From Gemmatimonadales bacterium (GTDB lineage Bacteria > Gemmatimonadota > Gemmatimonadetes > Gemmatimonadales > GWC2-71-9): 64,000 nucleotides of DNA. How positions within the stretch are numbered: position 1 is the first letter of the stretch; every line of letters starts with the position of its first letter. The position numbers were made by a program, and so were the translations under genes. The notes under the pieces were generated by a model that was not told the origin of the DNA, did not search any database, and saw only the letters and a program-made list of their open reading frames with translations. Positions 61,913 through 64,000 of the stretch are shown here, piece after piece. The stretch is from positions 3,765 to 67,764 of the forward strand of contig DATDFC010000041.1 of the NCBI GenBank assembly GCA_036522815.1, written 5' to 3'.

Positions 61913-64000
61913 CCGCAGCGTGGCGGGTTCGAGCCCGTCAGCTTGCGCCGTCAGCGTCGCCGTCCCCGCTCGGTCGCCCGCGCGCACGATGACCAGCGCC
62001 TTGCCGTTGAACAACAGCACGCGGTCGCTTTGGAACGGCGCATGGCTGATCTGGTTTCCGTTGTCGACTCCCGCGATGCGCGCATCTCCTGCAAGACGGA
62101 AGCGTATCAATGGCTCCGCCGTCGGGACGGGAACGCCCGCTGAGTCTTCCACGGTCACCGTGACGAACGACAAGTCGCTGCCATCGGCGTGGATCACCGC
62201 CCGGTCCGGCGTCAGCGCCAGCCGAGCGGTCGGCCCCGCGGTCTTGACCTGCTGTGTGGCCACCACCCGCCCGCCGGTGCGCGCGACGGCGCGCAGCGTT
62301 CCCGGTGCGTACGCGACCCGCCACATCAGATGTGAGACCTGCTCCGGCTTCCGCTTCACCCCGAGCGAAGCGCCGTTCAGGAACAGCTCGACCTCGTCGG
62401 CGTTCGTGTAGGCCCAGACGTCGATGGTCTGGCCGGGCGCCCAGTTCCAGTGCGGGAAGACGTGCAGCATGGCTCGGCTCGTCCACACGCTCTGGTACAG
62501 GTAGTAGGGATCCTTGGGGAAGCCCGCGAGATCGGCGACGCCGAAATAAGAGCTGCGCGCGGGCCACTCGTACGGCGTGGGCTCGCCCAGGTAGTCGATC
62601 CCCTGCCAGATGAACATCCCCGAGAGGAATGGATAGCGCTCGAACAGCCGCAGCGACTCTTCGTGCAGCGAGCCCCAGAATGCCTTGCGGTCGTCGTAGG
62701 ACGAGAGCCGGTAATCCTTGTTCGGCTGCGGTCCGCTGTCCTTCACGTAGGGGGTCGCATAGCTGGCGACCGAGTCGGAGGGCTGCTCGTAGACCCCGCG
62801 GCTGTTGAGCGCCGACATCGCCTCGGTGATGATGAACTTTTGCCCCGGGAATGCTCGCGGAAAACTCGCCCACGCCTCGTGATGGTAGTTGTGGCCCAGC
62901 AGGTCGAGGGCGCCCGATTGCAGCACCGGATTCCCGGGACTGCCGTTGTTGTTCGCCGACGTGATGGGCCGCGTGGGGTCGAGGGCCCGCACGATCCCGG
63001 CGAGCTCGCGCGCGATCGGCGCGGCGGTGGAGTCGCCGTTGGTCCACTGCTCCATCACCTCGTTCCCGATGCTCCACATGAAGACGCTCGCGTGGTTGCG
63101 GTCGCGCCGCACCATGTCCGACAGGTCGCGCACGTGCCACGCGTCCCAGTCCAGGTGGTAGTCGTACTTGGTCTTCTCCTTCTTCCACATGTCGAAGGCT
63201 TCGTCCAGCACGATGAAGCCCATGCGGTCGGTGAGATCGAGCAGCTCGGGGGCCGGCGGGTTATGGGACGTGCGGAGCGCGTTGACGCCCATCGCCCGCA
63301 TGATCTCGAGCTGGCGCTCGAGCGCGCGCGTGTTCACGGCGGCGCCCAGCGCCCCGAGATCATGGTGCAGGCACACACCCCGGATCTTCACATGCGTCCC
63401 GTTGAGGATGAACCCCTGCTCGGGATCGAACGTGAAGGTCCGCACGCCGAACGGTGTGGCGTAGTCGTCGCAGGGCCTCCCACCGCACACCACCCGCGAC
63501 ACGGCCCGGTACAAATACGGTCGCTCGACCGACCAGAGAATCGGCTTCCTGATGACCAGGTTCTGCGCGATTTCGCTGACGGAGTCGCCCGGCACGCGGG
63601 TCGCGCCGGATGCCGTCGCAACCACGTTGCCGGCCGCGTCGGAGATCAGCGTCCGCAGCGTGATCGACTGGTCGGCCGGTGACGCGTTGCGCAGCGTCGT
63701 CCGGATCGTCACCCGGGCCGTAGCCGCAGTCACCTCCGGCGTAGTGACATAGGTCCCCCACTGGTCCACATGCACGCGGTTCGTGGTCACCAGACGGACG
63801 TGCCGGTAGATACCGGAGCCCGAGTACCAACGGGAGTTAGGCTGCTGCGAGTTGTCCACCCGCACGGCGATCACGTTGCCCGCCGGGCCGTAGCGCAGGT
63901 GCGGCGTCAGCTGGTAGCTGAAGGAACTGTACCCGTACGGCCGTTTTCCCAGGTAGGTCCCGTTGATCCAGACTTCGCTGTTACGGTACACGCCGTCGAA
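61898..64000 (-). CDS. GH2 beta-galactosidase-like glycosidase, 5'-truncated by window edge
   Basis: 'FDGVY', 'SRWYSGSGIYR', 'RTSHNP', 'RDRNH.S..MWSIGNE', 'DYLGEP', 'LHVFPHWNW'. Confidence 0.93.
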   Translation of the reverse strand, partial: FDGVYRNSEVWINGTYLGKRPYGYSSFSYQLTPHLRYGPAGNVIAVRVDNSQQPNSRWYSGSGIYRHVRLVTTNRVHVDQWGTYVTTPEVTAATARVTIRTTLRNASPADQSITLRTLISDAAGNVVATASGATRVPGDSVSEIAQNLVIRKPILWSVERPYLYRAVSRVVCGGRPCDDYATPFGVRTFTFDPEQGFILNGTHVKIRGVCLHHDLGALGAAVNTRALERQLEIMRAMGVNALRTSHNPPAPELLDLTDRMGFIVLDEAFDMWKKEKTKYDYHLDWDAWHVRDLSDMVRRDRNHASVFMWSIGNEVMEQWTNGDSTAAPIARELAGIVRALDPTRPITSANNNGSPGNPVLQSGALDLLGHNYHHEAWASFPRAFPGQKFIITEAMSALNSRGVYEQPSDSVASYATPYVKDSGPQPNKDYRLSSYDDRKAFWGSLHEESLRLFERYPFLSGMFIWQGIDYLGEPTPYEWPARSSYFGVADLAGFPKDPYYLYQSVWTSRAMLHVFPHWNWAPGQTIDVWAYTNADEVELFLNGASLGVKRKPEQVSHLMWRVAYAPGTLRAVARTGGRVVATQQVKTAGPTARLALTPDRAVIHADGSDLSFVTVTVEDSAGVPVPTAEPLIRFRLAGDARIAGVDNGNQISHAPFQSDRVLLFNGKALVIVRAGDRAGTATLTAQADGLEPATLRLRLQ

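Overview
This is a very GC-rich, gene-dense bacterial window. The gene complement suggests Gemmatimonadota (inference only). I saw no rRNA, tRNA, CRISPR array, transposase or integrase. 1-7.9 kb: a translationally coupled run of mostly housekeeping and envelope genes (DUF2784, Tat-type class V aminotransferase, DinB, holin-like protein, DUF423, M24 peptidase, DSD1-type PLP enzyme, DUF2914). 7.9-21.6 kb (minus strand): ECF sigma, FecR, an STN-bearing SusC with SusD, a paralogous SusC/SusD pair, then a stand-alone TonB-plug lipoprotein and a DUF4384 protein. 21.7-64 kb: a >42 kb carbohydrate-utilisation locus. It holds uronate/KDG genes (uxaB-like, eda, kdgK, uxuA), an apparently complete non-phosphorylative L-fucose pathway with a GH29, a split sugar ABC transporter, a third SusC/SusD, a GMC dehydrogenase pair, a heparinase II/III-like protein, GH127/146, an SSS symporter, an unassigned Tat-exported GH-like protein, GH31, xylBA, a GalT / IMPase / plant-arabinokinase-like triad and a GH2 cut by the window edge. 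The most unusual non-gene signal is a set of short tandem-repeat hairpins (7- and 9-mers with inverted partners) and palindromes. They sit at gene junctions and are sometimes translated in frame inside enzymes. Family calls come from motif recognition by eye, not database searches. Start codons were adjusted by eye using RBS and stop/start overlaps.
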